Assembly (NCBI GenBank): GCA_039800485.1
Contig: JBDLQR010000342.1
Location: 1-34,289, forward strand
Direction of reading: 5' to 3'
DNA from: Pseudomonadota bacterium
GTDB lineage: Bacteria; Pseudomonadota; Gammaproteobacteria; Ga0077536
DNA: 34,289 nt
Shown: piece after piece, positions 1-8,450 of the stretch
How positions within the stretch are numbered: position 1 is the first letter of the stretch
Layout of the letters: each line of letters begins with the position of its first letter
The notes under the pieces: model-generated
Told to the model about the DNA's origin: nothing
The model's database searches: none
The model's input: the letters and a program-made list of their open reading frames with translations, nothing else
Program-made: the position numbers and the translations under genes

Positions 1-115
1 CCACCAAGCCACTGAGAGAGACACTGCCTGCCAGAATGAGTGTTTTCCAGAGCCCCTCCAGCAACTGGGGACCATAGGCCACCAGTTCTCGCGAGAAGCC
101 GGCCAATTCAAGCAT
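1..115 (-). CDS. amino-acid ABC transporter permease, N-terminal fragment (continues beyond window start)
   Basis: Too short for the ORF track. Reverse-strand ATG at 115..113 opens [38 protein letters not shown], a typical HisM/GlnP-type permease N-terminus. It overlaps the ATPase stop by 8 nt and the frame is open to position 1. Confidence 0.5.
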   Translation of the reverse strand, partial: MLELAGFSRELVAYGPQLLEGLWKTLILAGSVSLSGLV

Positions 116-848
116 CGGAACTGCCTGAATTGCCGAAGAACTCGCGAATCCGCGCGTCATGATGCCCGCTCAGCAGACGCTCCGGGGCGTCCTCCGCCCT
201 GATTTCACCGGCATCCATGAAGATGACCTGGGCGGTGACATAGCGGGCCAGAAGCACATCATGCGTCACGCACAGCATGGTCACACCCTCGAAGCGCAGG
301 CGATTGATGAGTGCCACGACCTCGCGTGACATCTCGGGATCGAGCGCCGAGGTCGGTTCGTCAAAAAACAGGACCGCCGGATCCATGGCCAGCGCGCGCG
401 CAATCGCTACCCGCTGCTTCTGTCCACCCGAGAGCTGGGCCGGATATTTGGCACGATGCTCTTCCATGTCCATGCGCCGCAACTCGAGCAGGGCTTTGTC
501 ATCGGCGTCGCGGCTGGACAGTCCTTTCAGCTTGCGCAAGGCAAGGGTCACGTTTTCCAGCGCAGTGAGGTGCCGGTAAAGTGCGAACTGCTGGAAGACG
601 AAGCCGATGCGCTGGCGCAACAGACGCACATCCGTGTCGGCCCGGGTCACATCCTCCCCGCGGAACAGGATTTGGCCTTCGTCCGGGTCGATGAGCCGGT
701 TGAGGCAGCGCAGCAGGGTGGATTTCCCGCAACCGGAGGGCCCCATGATGACTTTGGTCTCCCCTTCCGCCAGGGAGAAATCGATCCCTTTCAGCACGGT
801 GCGATCACCGAAGCGTTTCACCAGACCTTTGACTTCGAGCAGCGCCAT
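108..848 (-). CDS. polar amino-acid ABC transporter ATP-binding protein
   Basis: Walker [13 protein letters not shown] signature [15 protein letters not shown], Walker [14 protein letters not shown]-loop CVTHD. ATG start at 848. Confidence 0.95.
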   Translation of the reverse strand: MALLEVKGLVKRFGDRTVLKGIDFSLAEGETKVIMGPSGCGKSTLLRCLNRLIDPDEGQILFRGEDVTRADTDVRLLRQRIGFVFQQFALYRHLTALENVTLALRKLKGLSSRDADDKALLELRRMDMEEHRAKYPAQLSGGQKQRVAIARALAMDPAVLFFDEPTSALDPEMSREVVALINRLRFEGVTMLCVTHDVLLARYVTAQVIFMDAGEIRAEDAPERLLSGHHDARIREFFGNSGSSDA

Positions 849-857
849 GGGGGTCTC

Positions 858-1511
858 TCAGTGTGTCCCGAAGCCGGGGATCTCGAACCGCTTTTCCACT
901 GTGCGCACCCCCAACCGCAACAGCTGGTAGATACCAAAGTAGAGCAGGCCGGCCGCGAGGTAGATTTCCACCCCGCGCAGGGTGGTGGAAGCCAAGGCCG
1001 TCGCCTGGCGGGTGATCTCCGGGATCCCCACCGTATAGGCGAACGGCGAGTACTTCAGCACGGTGGTGAACTCATTCAGCATGCCGGGCACTGCAAGCCT
1101 CAGCATCTGTGGCAACTCTATGGACACGAGGATCTGCCCGCGCCCCAAGCCCATGGCTTCGGCCGCCACCAGCTCCTGGGGGTCCAGTGACTCCATGGCG
1201 CCCCTGAAAACCTCGCCCAGATAGGCCCCGGCGATCAGGCCAAGACTCAGCATCATCGACAGCAGTGGCGGAACCTTGATCCCGATGGCAGGGAAGCCGA
1301 AGAAAATGATGAACAGCAGTACCAGCACGGGCACTGCGCGGAAGACATAGGTGTAGACCTCCAGCAGCCAGCCCGTGCCGCGAATCTGCAAGCGTCGCAG
1401 TACAACGACGGCCAGGCCTGCGCAGAGGCCTGTCAGCATGCAGGACAGGGTCACAAGCACCGTCTGCCCCACTCCTTGGGCGAGCAGCCAGAGGATCTTC
1501 CCGAAATTCAC
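858..1511 (-). CDS. polar amino-acid ABC transporter permease
   Basis: About 5 TM segments. HisM/GlnP-like N-terminus (LAQGVGQTVLVTLSCML) and EAA-type loop AAEAMGLGRGQILVSIELPQMLRLAVPG. The start codon read from the DNA is GTG. Confidence 0.9.
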   Translation of the reverse strand: MNFGKILWLLAQGVGQTVLVTLSCMLTGLCAGLAVVVLRRLQIRGTGWLLEVYTYVFRAVPVLVLLFIIFFGFPAIGIKVPPLLSMMLSLGLIAGAYLGEVFRGAMESLDPQELVAAEAMGLGRGQILVSIELPQMLRLAVPGMLNEFTTVLKYSPFAYTVGIPEITRQATALASTTLRGVEIYLAAGLLYFGIYQLLRLGVRTVEKRFEIPGFGTH

Positions 1512-1536
1512 GCGGGATGCCGCTGCGCCTGAGTGC

Positions 1537-2280
1537 CTACTTCAGCCAGCGATCGATGATGGCTTGCAACTCGGCAGGCGGCAGCGACTCCAGGTAGGCG
1601 TCAAAGTCAGCCCGCAGTTTTGAATCCTTGGGGAAGGCGAAACCGAAACGGTCAAAGCCCGAAAACACCCAGCTGTCCGTGATCGGAAGCTTCTTGCGAT
1701 GCACCGCGGCCACCGTACCATCGAGGAAGGCCAGATCAAGATTGCCATTCTGCAGGTCGGCGAGAACCTCGTTGTACGAAGGGTAGAGCTTGACCTTGTC
1801 GAGTGTGTAGATGCCTTTGGGCTCAAGTTCGTTCTTGATGAAATCGCTGTAGGCCATTCCGCGCGGATAGCCGATGGAGTATTGCTTCAAATCATCCAGA
1901 CTGGCGATGGTGATACCACGTGCCTGCATGCTGACCAGATTCCAGGTGTTCTCCATGTAGGGCTTGGAGAAGTCCATCACTTCCTTGCGCTTGTCGGTGA
2001 TGGAAATCCCGGAGAAAGCGATATCGGCCTGCCCACCTACCACAGCACCCAGCATGCCTTGCCAGTCGTATGCGGTGAACACCGGCGTGCAGCCGGCTTT
2101 TTTGCAGAAACCGTTGAAGAGATCGAGGTCGATACCGGCCATCTTGCCATTCTCCTCGAACAGATTCGGCGGCGAAGCGGGCGTGACCGCAATACGGATT
2201 TCGGAGGCGGATTGCTGTTGGCCGCAGCCGGCGACGAGCACGATCAGCAATGCACCCAGCAGGGCGAGGAAACGCTTCAT
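1537..2280 (-). CDS. family-3 periplasmic amino-acid-binding lipoprotein (ABC substrate-binding protein)
   Basis: Start refined to ATG at 2280 (MKRFLALLGALLIVLVAGCGQ, lipobox LVAGC) with AAGGAC upstream. Body resembles SBP_bac_3 (IRIAVTPASPP..., ADIAFSGISITDKRKEVMDFSKPY). Confidence 0.85.
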   Translation of the reverse strand: MKRFLALLGALLIVLVAGCGQQQSASEIRIAVTPASPPNLFEENGKMAGIDLDLFNGFCKKAGCTPVFTAYDWQGMLGAVVGGQADIAFSGISITDKRKEVMDFSKPYMENTWNLVSMQARGITIASLDDLKQYSIGYPRGMAYSDFIKNELEPKGIYTLDKVKLYPSYNEVLADLQNGNLDLAFLDGTVAAVHRKKLPITDSWVFSGFDRFGFAFPKDSKLRADFDAYLESLPPAELQAIIDRWLK

Positions 2281-2382
2281 GAAGAGTCCTTGAATCTGGT
2301 TGGAGTGCGTCCCATGAGGGACATCCGGGACCGCGACGGCATTCCCGGCGCCCCGGAGCATAGCAAAGCTCGACGCTCGCAG

Positions 2383-3228
2383 CTAAAGCACTGCGAAGCG
2401 GCGCATCAGGGCATCGCAATGGCGACGGACCAGAGGCGAGACTGGTACACCCCCTGAAGATACGGCGGTGCGTGGCGCGATGGCCGCTACCGCCCTCTGG
2501 GACAACGGCAGTTCCAGAAAGGTGGCGATGTGACCACACTCCAGCTGCGGATCCTCCAGCAGTGATTCATAGCGCACCACCCGGACCTCAGGATGGTTGG
2601 CGAAACCCTGTTCGAAAAACAGCACATTCCGGTAGTACCACATCAGCGCCGCTGCAGAGGCCTCATCAAGGCCGTCTTCAACTGCCTCGCGCAGGACTTC
2701 CTGGGTAGCGTCCGACATGCCTCGACCGCGCCAATCCGAACCTGCCTTGTCTGCGGCCAGCCGGTGGGCCTGACGCACGAAGTTACCGAAGGACGCCAGC
2801 ATGGAGCGCGTGACCTCCTCGTACCCCCTCAGCATCCAGAGCGTTTTTGCAGGCGCATGGCGCTTCATCAGGCCCTCCAGATCCTGCAGTTCGCATAGCG
2901 ACTTGAGCACGAAGACGGGAGCGCGTGACCGCTTCATCAAGGCCTCGATCACGGGCTGGGGACGCATTTCGTAGCGATCAAAGGCCCGCGAATCCGTCTC
3001 ATGGTAGACATCGGTGTCCCAGACGCGATCAAGCACCTGCATCAGCAGATTGGTTCCCGAGCGCTGCACGCCCGCTACAAAGACATGGCGCCGATCGACT
3101 GGCCTCGCGTGCAGCCCATGTCCCACCTGCTTGCACAGGCGGTAGAGCCGGTCGCCGAGTGCCAAGGGCCGATCAGTCCCACCCGTACGCCGGAGCGACT
3201 CAGGCGAGTTCACGGAACGCCTCGACAA
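2383..3228 (-). CDS. sulfotransferase family protein (PF13469-like)
   Basis: PAPS 5'-phosphosulfate-binding loop VFVAGVQRSGTNLLMQVL about 50 aa from the N-terminus. C-terminal VVRYESLLEDPQ...ATFLELP pattern is typical of bacterial sulfotransferases. The track start is TTG at 3228; an alternative GTG lies at 3213. The 5' end overlaps the stop of the GT4 gene. Confidence 0.7.
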   Translation of the reverse strand: MSRRSVNSPESLRRTGGTDRPLALGDRLYRLCKQVGHGLHARPVDRRHVFVAGVQRSGTNLLMQVLDRVWDTDVYHETDSRAFDRYEMRPQPVIEALMKRSRAPVFVLKSLCELQDLEGLMKRHAPAKTLWMLRGYEEVTRSMLASFGNFVRQAHRLAADKAGSDWRGRGMSDATQEVLREAVEDGLDEASAAALMWYYRNVLFFEQGFANHPEVRVVRYESLLEDPQLECGHIATFLELPLSQRAVAAIAPRTAVSSGGVPVSPLVRRHCDALMRRFAVL

Positions 3229-4438
3229 GTGCAGAGATCTTGCGATCCCAGTGGTGTGACTCGGCGTATCGTCGGATCTCTGCCCGGTTCCAGTCTCGCG
3301 CCAGGGCCTCGGCCACGGCGCCCGTCAATGCCGCCTGATCACCAAAAGCCACGATTTTTCCGACCTCCGGGCTGGCCACCACTTCCGAGTTGCCTCCCAC
3401 GTCCGTCGTGATCACCGGCAGGCCGCACGCCATGGCTTCGAGGATGACATTCGCCCAGCCTTCATTGCGGGTGGGCAGCACAAAGACATCCGCCGCAGAC
3501 AGTGGCATGGACAGGTTTTCCGGCGACAAGGCGCCCAGGAAATGCACATGACCGGAGAGTCCGGCGGATGCCGCCTGTGCCTCAAGTTGGGAGCGCCAAT
3601 CACCCTCGGCGCTGGCGCCACCGATGATGAGGTAATGCAGTGAGGGATAACGGGTGCGCAGTGCAGGCATGATCTCCAGCACACGATGGAAGCCTTTGCG
3701 CTCCACGAGGGCCCCGACTGTCACCAGGACATGTGCATCGTCAGGCAGCCCCAGACGGGCCCGGGCTGCCGCGCGGTCCAAGGGCGCGAAGCAGGTCGTG
3801 TCCACACCATTACCCACCACCTGAGTCTGTTGCGCGGGCACACCCTGCTCGCGTGCCAGCGCCTGCAGGGACGCCGAGACTGAAAAGACACAACAGGCCC
3901 GAGTGAGTGCCTTTCGCACCCTGGGCAACAGAGCAGGATCACGGACGTGGCGCACTTCCGTACCCCGCAGCGTGAGCGTGACGGGAACCTTCAACCAACG
4001 ACCCAGCAAGGTGGCTGCGTATCCATCCGGATACGCGAAATGCGCGTCGATCAGGTCGAAGGCAAAGCGCTGGCGCAAGCTGCGCAGTGACCACCAGCAG
4101 GAGATGGCCAGCAACAGCCCATCGAGCCGTTTTGCGATGCCCGGCACACACAGGAAGCGGGGGTGCAAGACCTCGAATCCCTGCTGGACTTCCTTGCGGG
4201 GTGCGGGCGGACGAAAATGCGGCCGGAAGAGGCGTATCAGTCCTTGGAAAGGAAACCAGGGCACGGGCGCCATCACGATGAGCGGCAACTCCCGGCCTAC
4301 CCGGAACATGCGCTCGCGGATGAACAAGCCCGCCTGAGGCTGGCCCGGATGCGGAAACAAGGTGGAAAAGACGAGCAGCCGAGGACGCCTTCCGGAATAT
4401 TCCTCCGACCGCTGAGGGACCGTGCCGTCTGGATTCAC
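3200..4438 (-). CDS. GT4-family (group 1) glycosyltransferase
   Basis: C-terminal GT-B signature PTRNEGWANVILEAMACGLPVITTDVGGNSEVV (E-X7-E). Start refined to GTG at 4438, which forms a GTGA overlap with the upstream deacetylase stop. The 64-aa N-terminal extension in the ORF track overlaps that gene and looks non-coding. Confidence 0.85.
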   Translation of the reverse strand: MNPDGTVPQRSEEYSGRRPRLLVFSTLFPHPGQPQAGLFIRERMFRVGRELPLIVMAPVPWFPFQGLIRLFRPHFRPPAPRKEVQQGFEVLHPRFLCVPGIAKRLDGLLLAISCWWSLRSLRQRFAFDLIDAHFAYPDGYAATLLGRWLKVPVTLTLRGTEVRHVRDPALLPRVRKALTRACCVFSVSASLQALAREQGVPAQQTQVVGNGVDTTCFAPLDRAAARARLGLPDDAHVLVTVGALVERKGFHRVLEIMPALRTRYPSLHYLIIGGASAEGDWRSQLEAQAASAGLSGHVHFLGALSPENLSMPLSAADVFVLPTRNEGWANVILEAMACGLPVITTDVGGNSEVVASPEVGKIVAFGDQAALTGAVAEALARDWNRAEIRRYAESHHWDRKISALVEAFRELA

Positions 4439-5517
4439 GCGCGTCGCCTGTATCGGCTGATGGCGATTACGAGAGCCAGAGCCAGCAACAACACCAGCGG
4501 CCCCAGAGCGACCGTCGCATTCATACCGCCCTCCCCCAGCCGTTCCCACGCGCGCCGGTACGTCAGCCAGAAACCGGTATGTGGCACGAAACTCGTTGCC
4601 GGAGAGCATTCCAGCTCTCCTTTCTGCCACGCAGAGACGAAGCCCCGGGTGCTGCGGGCCGTGAGGTCGGGATGCGCATTTACATGTCGCAGGATTTCCC
4701 TGAACCGCTGGATGATGTGCTCATCCGGCACGCCGTTTCGAGTGAAGCTGAAACTGTGCATCATGATGTTCACGGCACATGCGTTGCGCTCCGCCATCTG
4801 GTCGAGCACCGTACTCAGCTCGTCGAGACTGCTGCTTTCGATATCCAGAAAGCGCGACGATGACCATCCCGGCACGCGCAGCTGCGAGTAGTAGGTCACC
4901 GGCAGCTCGATCACCCCTTTGTGCACGAATACATCGTTCTGCACATGTCCTTCCCGTGCCAGGGGCGACATCACCGCCGGGCTCAGCGAGGCGTCTGCGT
5001 CAATCCCGATCTGGCGCAGGGCGCGCAGGGTGGCGGTATTGGCGAGATACGCGCCCGCCCTGTGCGCAACAATATCCTTCGCGCCCCAGCTCTCGAGCAG
5101 TGACCTGCCCTGCTCGAGAATCTCCCGCTGCTCTGCCTGACCGAAGTGAGACATACCCCTGCGGCCGAACATGGGGTAGGGATGGGTGTGCAGTTGGAGA
5201 TCCTGCTCGGCCTCCAGAATATGCGTGGCAATCTCGCGTAGCGGTGCCTCCCCGTGCAAGGGGAGCTCATACACATTGAGATAGAACGTGGCCGGTGCGT
5301 GTTCCTCGGCCAGGATTTCGAGCATCCTGGGGACACCGTATTCCCCCGTATACCCGGGCAGCCGGCCAAAGATGTCCCGCTCTGGCGTTCTGCCTTGGTA
5401 GGACTCCACATCCACTGTGAACAGGACGGACGTGTCCGCACCGACGATATCGGAGGCAATTGACAGCAAGCATACAGAGGCAAGCCATACGGCCGCGCGC
5501 ACTGTGAGAGATCTCAT
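4435..5517 (-). CDS. polysaccharide deacetylase-like (CE4/NodB-fold) protein with N-terminal signal peptide and C-terminal TM tail
   Basis: Start refined to ATG at 5517 (ATGA overlap with upstream stop). It opens with the signal-like MRSLTVRAAVWLASVCLLSIASDIVGA. It then shows LFTVDVESY...GVPRMLEILAEEHAPATFYLNV...LQLHTHPY, resembling ArnD and XrtA-locus deacetylases. The C-terminus is GEGGMNATVALGPLVLLLALALVIAISRYRRRA. Confidence 0.7.
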   Translation of the reverse strand: MRSLTVRAAVWLASVCLLSIASDIVGADTSVLFTVDVESYQGRTPERDIFGRLPGYTGEYGVPRMLEILAEEHAPATFYLNVYELPLHGEAPLREIATHILEAEQDLQLHTHPYPMFGRRGMSHFGQAEQREILEQGRSLLESWGAKDIVAHRAGAYLANTATLRALRQIGIDADASLSPAVMSPLAREGHVQNDVFVHKGVIELPVTYYSQLRVPGWSSSRFLDIESSSLDELSTVLDQMAERNACAVNIMMHSFSFTRNGVPDEHIIQRFREILRHVNAHPDLTARSTRGFVSAWQKGELECSPATSFVPHTGFWLTYRRAWERLGEGGMNATVALGPLVLLLALALVIAISRYRRRA

Positions 5518-6380
5518 TCCGGCAGCAGGGATTCCCAGCGGGTGCCCCGCCACCGACGCACAAGTTCCGGGTAGTTGGAAATCGCCTCGCAAAGCGGCCT
5601 GTTCTCCTGCTTGAGTGTGGTAGGGGCCAAGGTACGGGGTTCCACTCCCAGATGAGACTGGATCCGTTCGAGGCTTGAGTGCGTATCCCGTGTCAGGTCC
5701 TCATAGGTCAGCTCGAGGAAAGGATGGTGCGCGAAACGCTCCCGGATCAGGGACTGATACCGGAGACGTCGCTCGAAAGTGTGTTCCGCCTTTTCCGGAT
5801 CAATCGGGATCGGCTCCTGTACCCACTGAGCGTCCGGAAGCGACATCCATCTCTGTGCCCGCTGGGCAACTTCCAGGGAGAGAAAATAGGCCAGAAGATC
5901 CTTGCGATGAAGACTGATCACGGCAATATCCTGCTCCGTTGCAAGCCAGTCCCACAGCACTTCCATCCCGGGCTGTCGGTCCAGGTGTTCCGGGAAGATC
6001 TTGAACCCTGCCGCGGCAACCCCTTCGTCATAAGCTTGATAGATGACATCGCGCACGAAAGCGACAGGATGAATATTGCGCCAGGCCTTCCACACGCCAC
6101 CAGTGTCCCAGTCAGGCGCTCTGACCTTGAAGAATATCTTGTTGGGATGCAGACACTCTCCGTAGGTGATGAGTTCCGGGTGACAGGTGAGCGCGCTCTG
6201 CAGCATGTTGGTCCCGGACCTTGCATGCGAAAGCACAATGAACCGTCGATAGTTTCGATTTTGCCCCTTTCGCTCCGGCAACGGACAGAAGTCGGAGTCT
6301 GGCCAAGGCGCGATGTTATTGCCCCCACCAAACAGGTTCCTGATTCTGGCGGCTGATCTCAGCAAGGGGTTTCCGGACAT
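5514..6380 (-). CDS. NodH/Stf0-like sulfotransferase
   Basis: PAPS loop FIVLSHARSGTNMLQSAL, a second motif ISLHRKDLLAYFLSLEVA, and a C-terminal LTYEDL...LGVEP...ISNYPEL pattern shared with the 7501..8346 gene. Start is ATG at 6380 (8 nt after the upstream stop) or ATG at 6401. Confidence 0.75.
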   Translation of the reverse strand: MSGNPLLRSAARIRNLFGGGNNIAPWPDSDFCPLPERKGQNRNYRRFIVLSHARSGTNMLQSALTCHPELITYGECLHPNKIFFKVRAPDWDTGGVWKAWRNIHPVAFVRDVIYQAYDEGVAAAGFKIFPEHLDRQPGMEVLWDWLATEQDIAVISLHRKDLLAYFLSLEVAQRAQRWMSLPDAQWVQEPIPIDPEKAEHTFERRLRYQSLIRERFAHHPFLELTYEDLTRDTHSSLERIQSHLGVEPRTLAPTTLKQENRPLCEAISNYPELVRRWRGTRWESLLPE

Positions 6381-6387
6381 GGCAGCT

Positions 6388-7263
6388 TCAGGCAGGTTCA
6401 TAACCGAGCACCACCAGAAGGTTTTGATGCCGCAGATTGAAGAGTTCCAGCATGCGGGGTGAGAATTCGGTCTCCCATTGTCTTGCAGTCCCTTTCCGGA
6501 CGTGCCTTGCACCGCCCTTCTGCTGATTCTTGAGTGAATGGGCCTCTACGAGTTGCAGCCCGCGCGCAAGCAAATCCGCGCGCAAACCGTAATGTCTGAA
6601 GACTATCTCCATGGCCTCGGCCTCTCTGCCGATGATATCCTCGTAGCGCATCTCGACGATGTGCGGGTTGCGGTAGTTCCAGTCCTTCATCTGCTGAAAC
6701 GCCGGCCCCAGACGCAGCATTTCCAGAATCATGCCGCGCTCCATCGGAAGCGTATTGAGGTACTCGAGATAGGATATGTTGCGGGGTGCGCGAGCCGGAT
6801 CGGACTCTACGTGCTCGGCAAACCATGGGTCCTCCAGGATTGCGCTCCAGTCGAAGGAAGGATCCCGGAACGCCTTTTCTTCTGTCCATAGATGGTAGCG
6901 GTAGCCGGAGACCAGCAGATCCCTGGGGTCACGGATGAAATGACTGCCGCGAAGGTCGGCCATTGCGTCGATACCGGGCACTGGTACGTTGTTGAGGCTG
7001 ATGAAGCGCTTGCCGGCTGTGGTGTGCAGCAGGCGGCAAAACTTCGAGGCATCGCTTTGGCAGTGGGCATAAGAGAAGCCGAACTCCTCTGCAAGTTCGC
7101 GCATGATGCGCTGAAAATAGACTGTCAGGCACTTGTGATAGGAGAAGTGCACCAGCGCCGGGACGGCGAATGGCTCCGGCACCTTGCGTGCAGCAACGGG
7201 TAGAGACCGCTGGCGCATGCGCCCCGGCATCCACGACGTAATATGTTCTGACAGAAACCCCAT
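6388..7263 (-). CDS. Sulfotransfer_1-like (cytosolic-type) sulfotransferase
   Basis: HFIRDPRDLLVSGYRYH (3'-phosphate-binding region) and RHVRKGTARQWETEFS (RKGxxGxW signature). Lys-containing N-terminal loop HFSYHKCLT. Start refined to ATG at 7263, preceded by GGAGGGA; the track start at 7281 is also ATG. Confidence 0.75.
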   Translation of the reverse strand: MGFLSEHITSWMPGRMRQRSLPVAARKVPEPFAVPALVHFSYHKCLTVYFQRIMRELAEEFGFSYAHCQSDASKFCRLLHTTAGKRFISLNNVPVPGIDAMADLRGSHFIRDPRDLLVSGYRYHLWTEEKAFRDPSFDWSAILEDPWFAEHVESDPARAPRNISYLEYLNTLPMERGMILEMLRLGPAFQQMKDWNYRNPHIVEMRYEDIIGREAEAMEIVFRHYGLRADLLARGLQLVEAHSLKNQQKGGARHVRKGTARQWETEFSPRMLELFNLRHQNLLVVLGYEPA

Positions 7264-7500
7264 GACATTCCCTCCGGCCATCGCTTTGGGGACACCCCCC
7301 GCAGGAACCTCGAAGCCCCTGATGATTCGTTGTAGCGGCGCTGCGCCGGCCAGCTTGAACGCACCTCACGCGCCTTTGTGGCCGCCTGCGCCGCTAAACT
7401 CCGGGGCCCGACCGGCCGCTACCGGGGGAACCCGTTCTAACAAGCGGGGAACATCAGTCTCAAAGCCAATGCCGCCCTCGGGGCCGCTCATCGGATTGAA

Positions 7501-8346
7501 ATGAGAAAATTACTGCGCTTGCTTGGTCTGGACGGCGTTCCCGAAGCTCCTGCAGCACCTCCGTCAACGCCGCCAGCCGCAGACGGCGATCTCCAACGCT
7601 GCGTGGTATTCGTCGGGGGGGTGCGCACCGGAACGACTGTCTTTCGCCACATGCTGGGGACGCATCCACGCATCACGGATCGCTTCGAAATCTTCAATTC
7701 GAACACGCCGCATGGCTTCTACCCTTTCTATCGCGACCATCTGAAGCAGCAACCGGACGCCATCTTCCCGGAACAGAATCTCGCCACGTTCGCGCGCTAT
7801 CTGACGCAGCTCAATGCCGCTGATGACCTGTCGCTCGTGGACATCAAGTACGAACATCTGGCGCACCTGCCAGCGCCATGGCGCATGCCCTTTTCTCCGC
7901 CAGCGCTGCTCGATCATGTGCGGGATCTGAATCTGAAAGTGATACACCTGCGGCGCAACCCGTTTCACTCGCTGCTTTCTGACCAGGTGGCAACCCAGAC
8001 CCAACGCTACAAACGCTACCGGGGTGAGGATGTTGCCCCGCCCCCTCCAGAAGTCAGGGTGCGCGTGAATCGGCACAAGCTCGAGGCCGATATGCGCGAG
8101 CGCCGGCAGGTTACCCGCATGGTGGATGACATGATCCCTGAGGCCAGAAGGCTGTCCTTTGATTACGAGAGCATGCTGGATACACAAGGTGCCTTCGACG
8201 CCTCCATGTGCTCAGCGCTCGCGGATTTCCTGGGAGTGGAGAGCCAGTTTGATCGGCAGCCAGGCCTGGAGAAAGTCATCGCACGCCCGCTGTCCGAGGT
8301 GATCGAGAACTATGCCGAGATCGCGGATCTGGAAAGCGCCGAGTGA
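7501..8346 (+). CDS. NodH/Stf0-like sulfotransferase (paralogue type of 5514..6380)
   Basis: PAPS loop VVFVGGVRTGTTVFRHML, second motif IHLRRNPFHSLLSDQVA, and C-terminal FDYESML...LGVES...IENYAEI. Transcribed divergently from the minus-strand operon. Confidence 0.75.
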   Translation: MRKLLRLLGLDGVPEAPAAPPSTPPAADGDLQRCVVFVGGVRTGTTVFRHMLGTHPRITDRFEIFNSNTPHGFYPFYRDHLKQQPDAIFPEQNLATFARYLTQLNAADDLSLVDIKYEHLAHLPAPWRMPFSPPALLDHVRDLNLKVIHLRRNPFHSLLSDQVATQTQRYKRYRGEDVAPPPPEVRVRVNRHKLEADMRERRQVTRMVDDMIPEARRLSFDYESMLDTQGAFDASMCSALADFLGVESQFDRQPGLEKVIARPLSEVIENYAEIADLESAE

Positions 8347-8450
8347 TCCTGAGACCCTGATGTATACAGTTGGAAGGATGATTTGCCTCCTTCGACGCTT
8401 TCTGGCCCAATCTCCGCGACACACTCCTCATCCAGTCTCCGGAGGTCCTG

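Noticed and set aside
4439-4630. 64-aa N-terminal extension of the glycosyltransferase ORF, and similar extensions at 5518-5592, 6381-6512, 12745-12966 and 30134-30424
   Set aside because: Each extension overlaps the 3' end of the upstream gene and is Arg/Gly-rich. Coupled ATGA/GTGA or RBS-preceded internal starts explain the genes better.
7264-7500. 237-bp divergent spacer between sulfotransferase genes, searched for promoters, operators and small genes
   Set aside because: It holds only short GC-rich mini-palindromes (GGCGC-T-GCGCC, GGGG-ACA-CCCC) and no convincing -35/-10 pair or repeated operator. The overlapping ORF 7184..7504 looks like a GC artefact.
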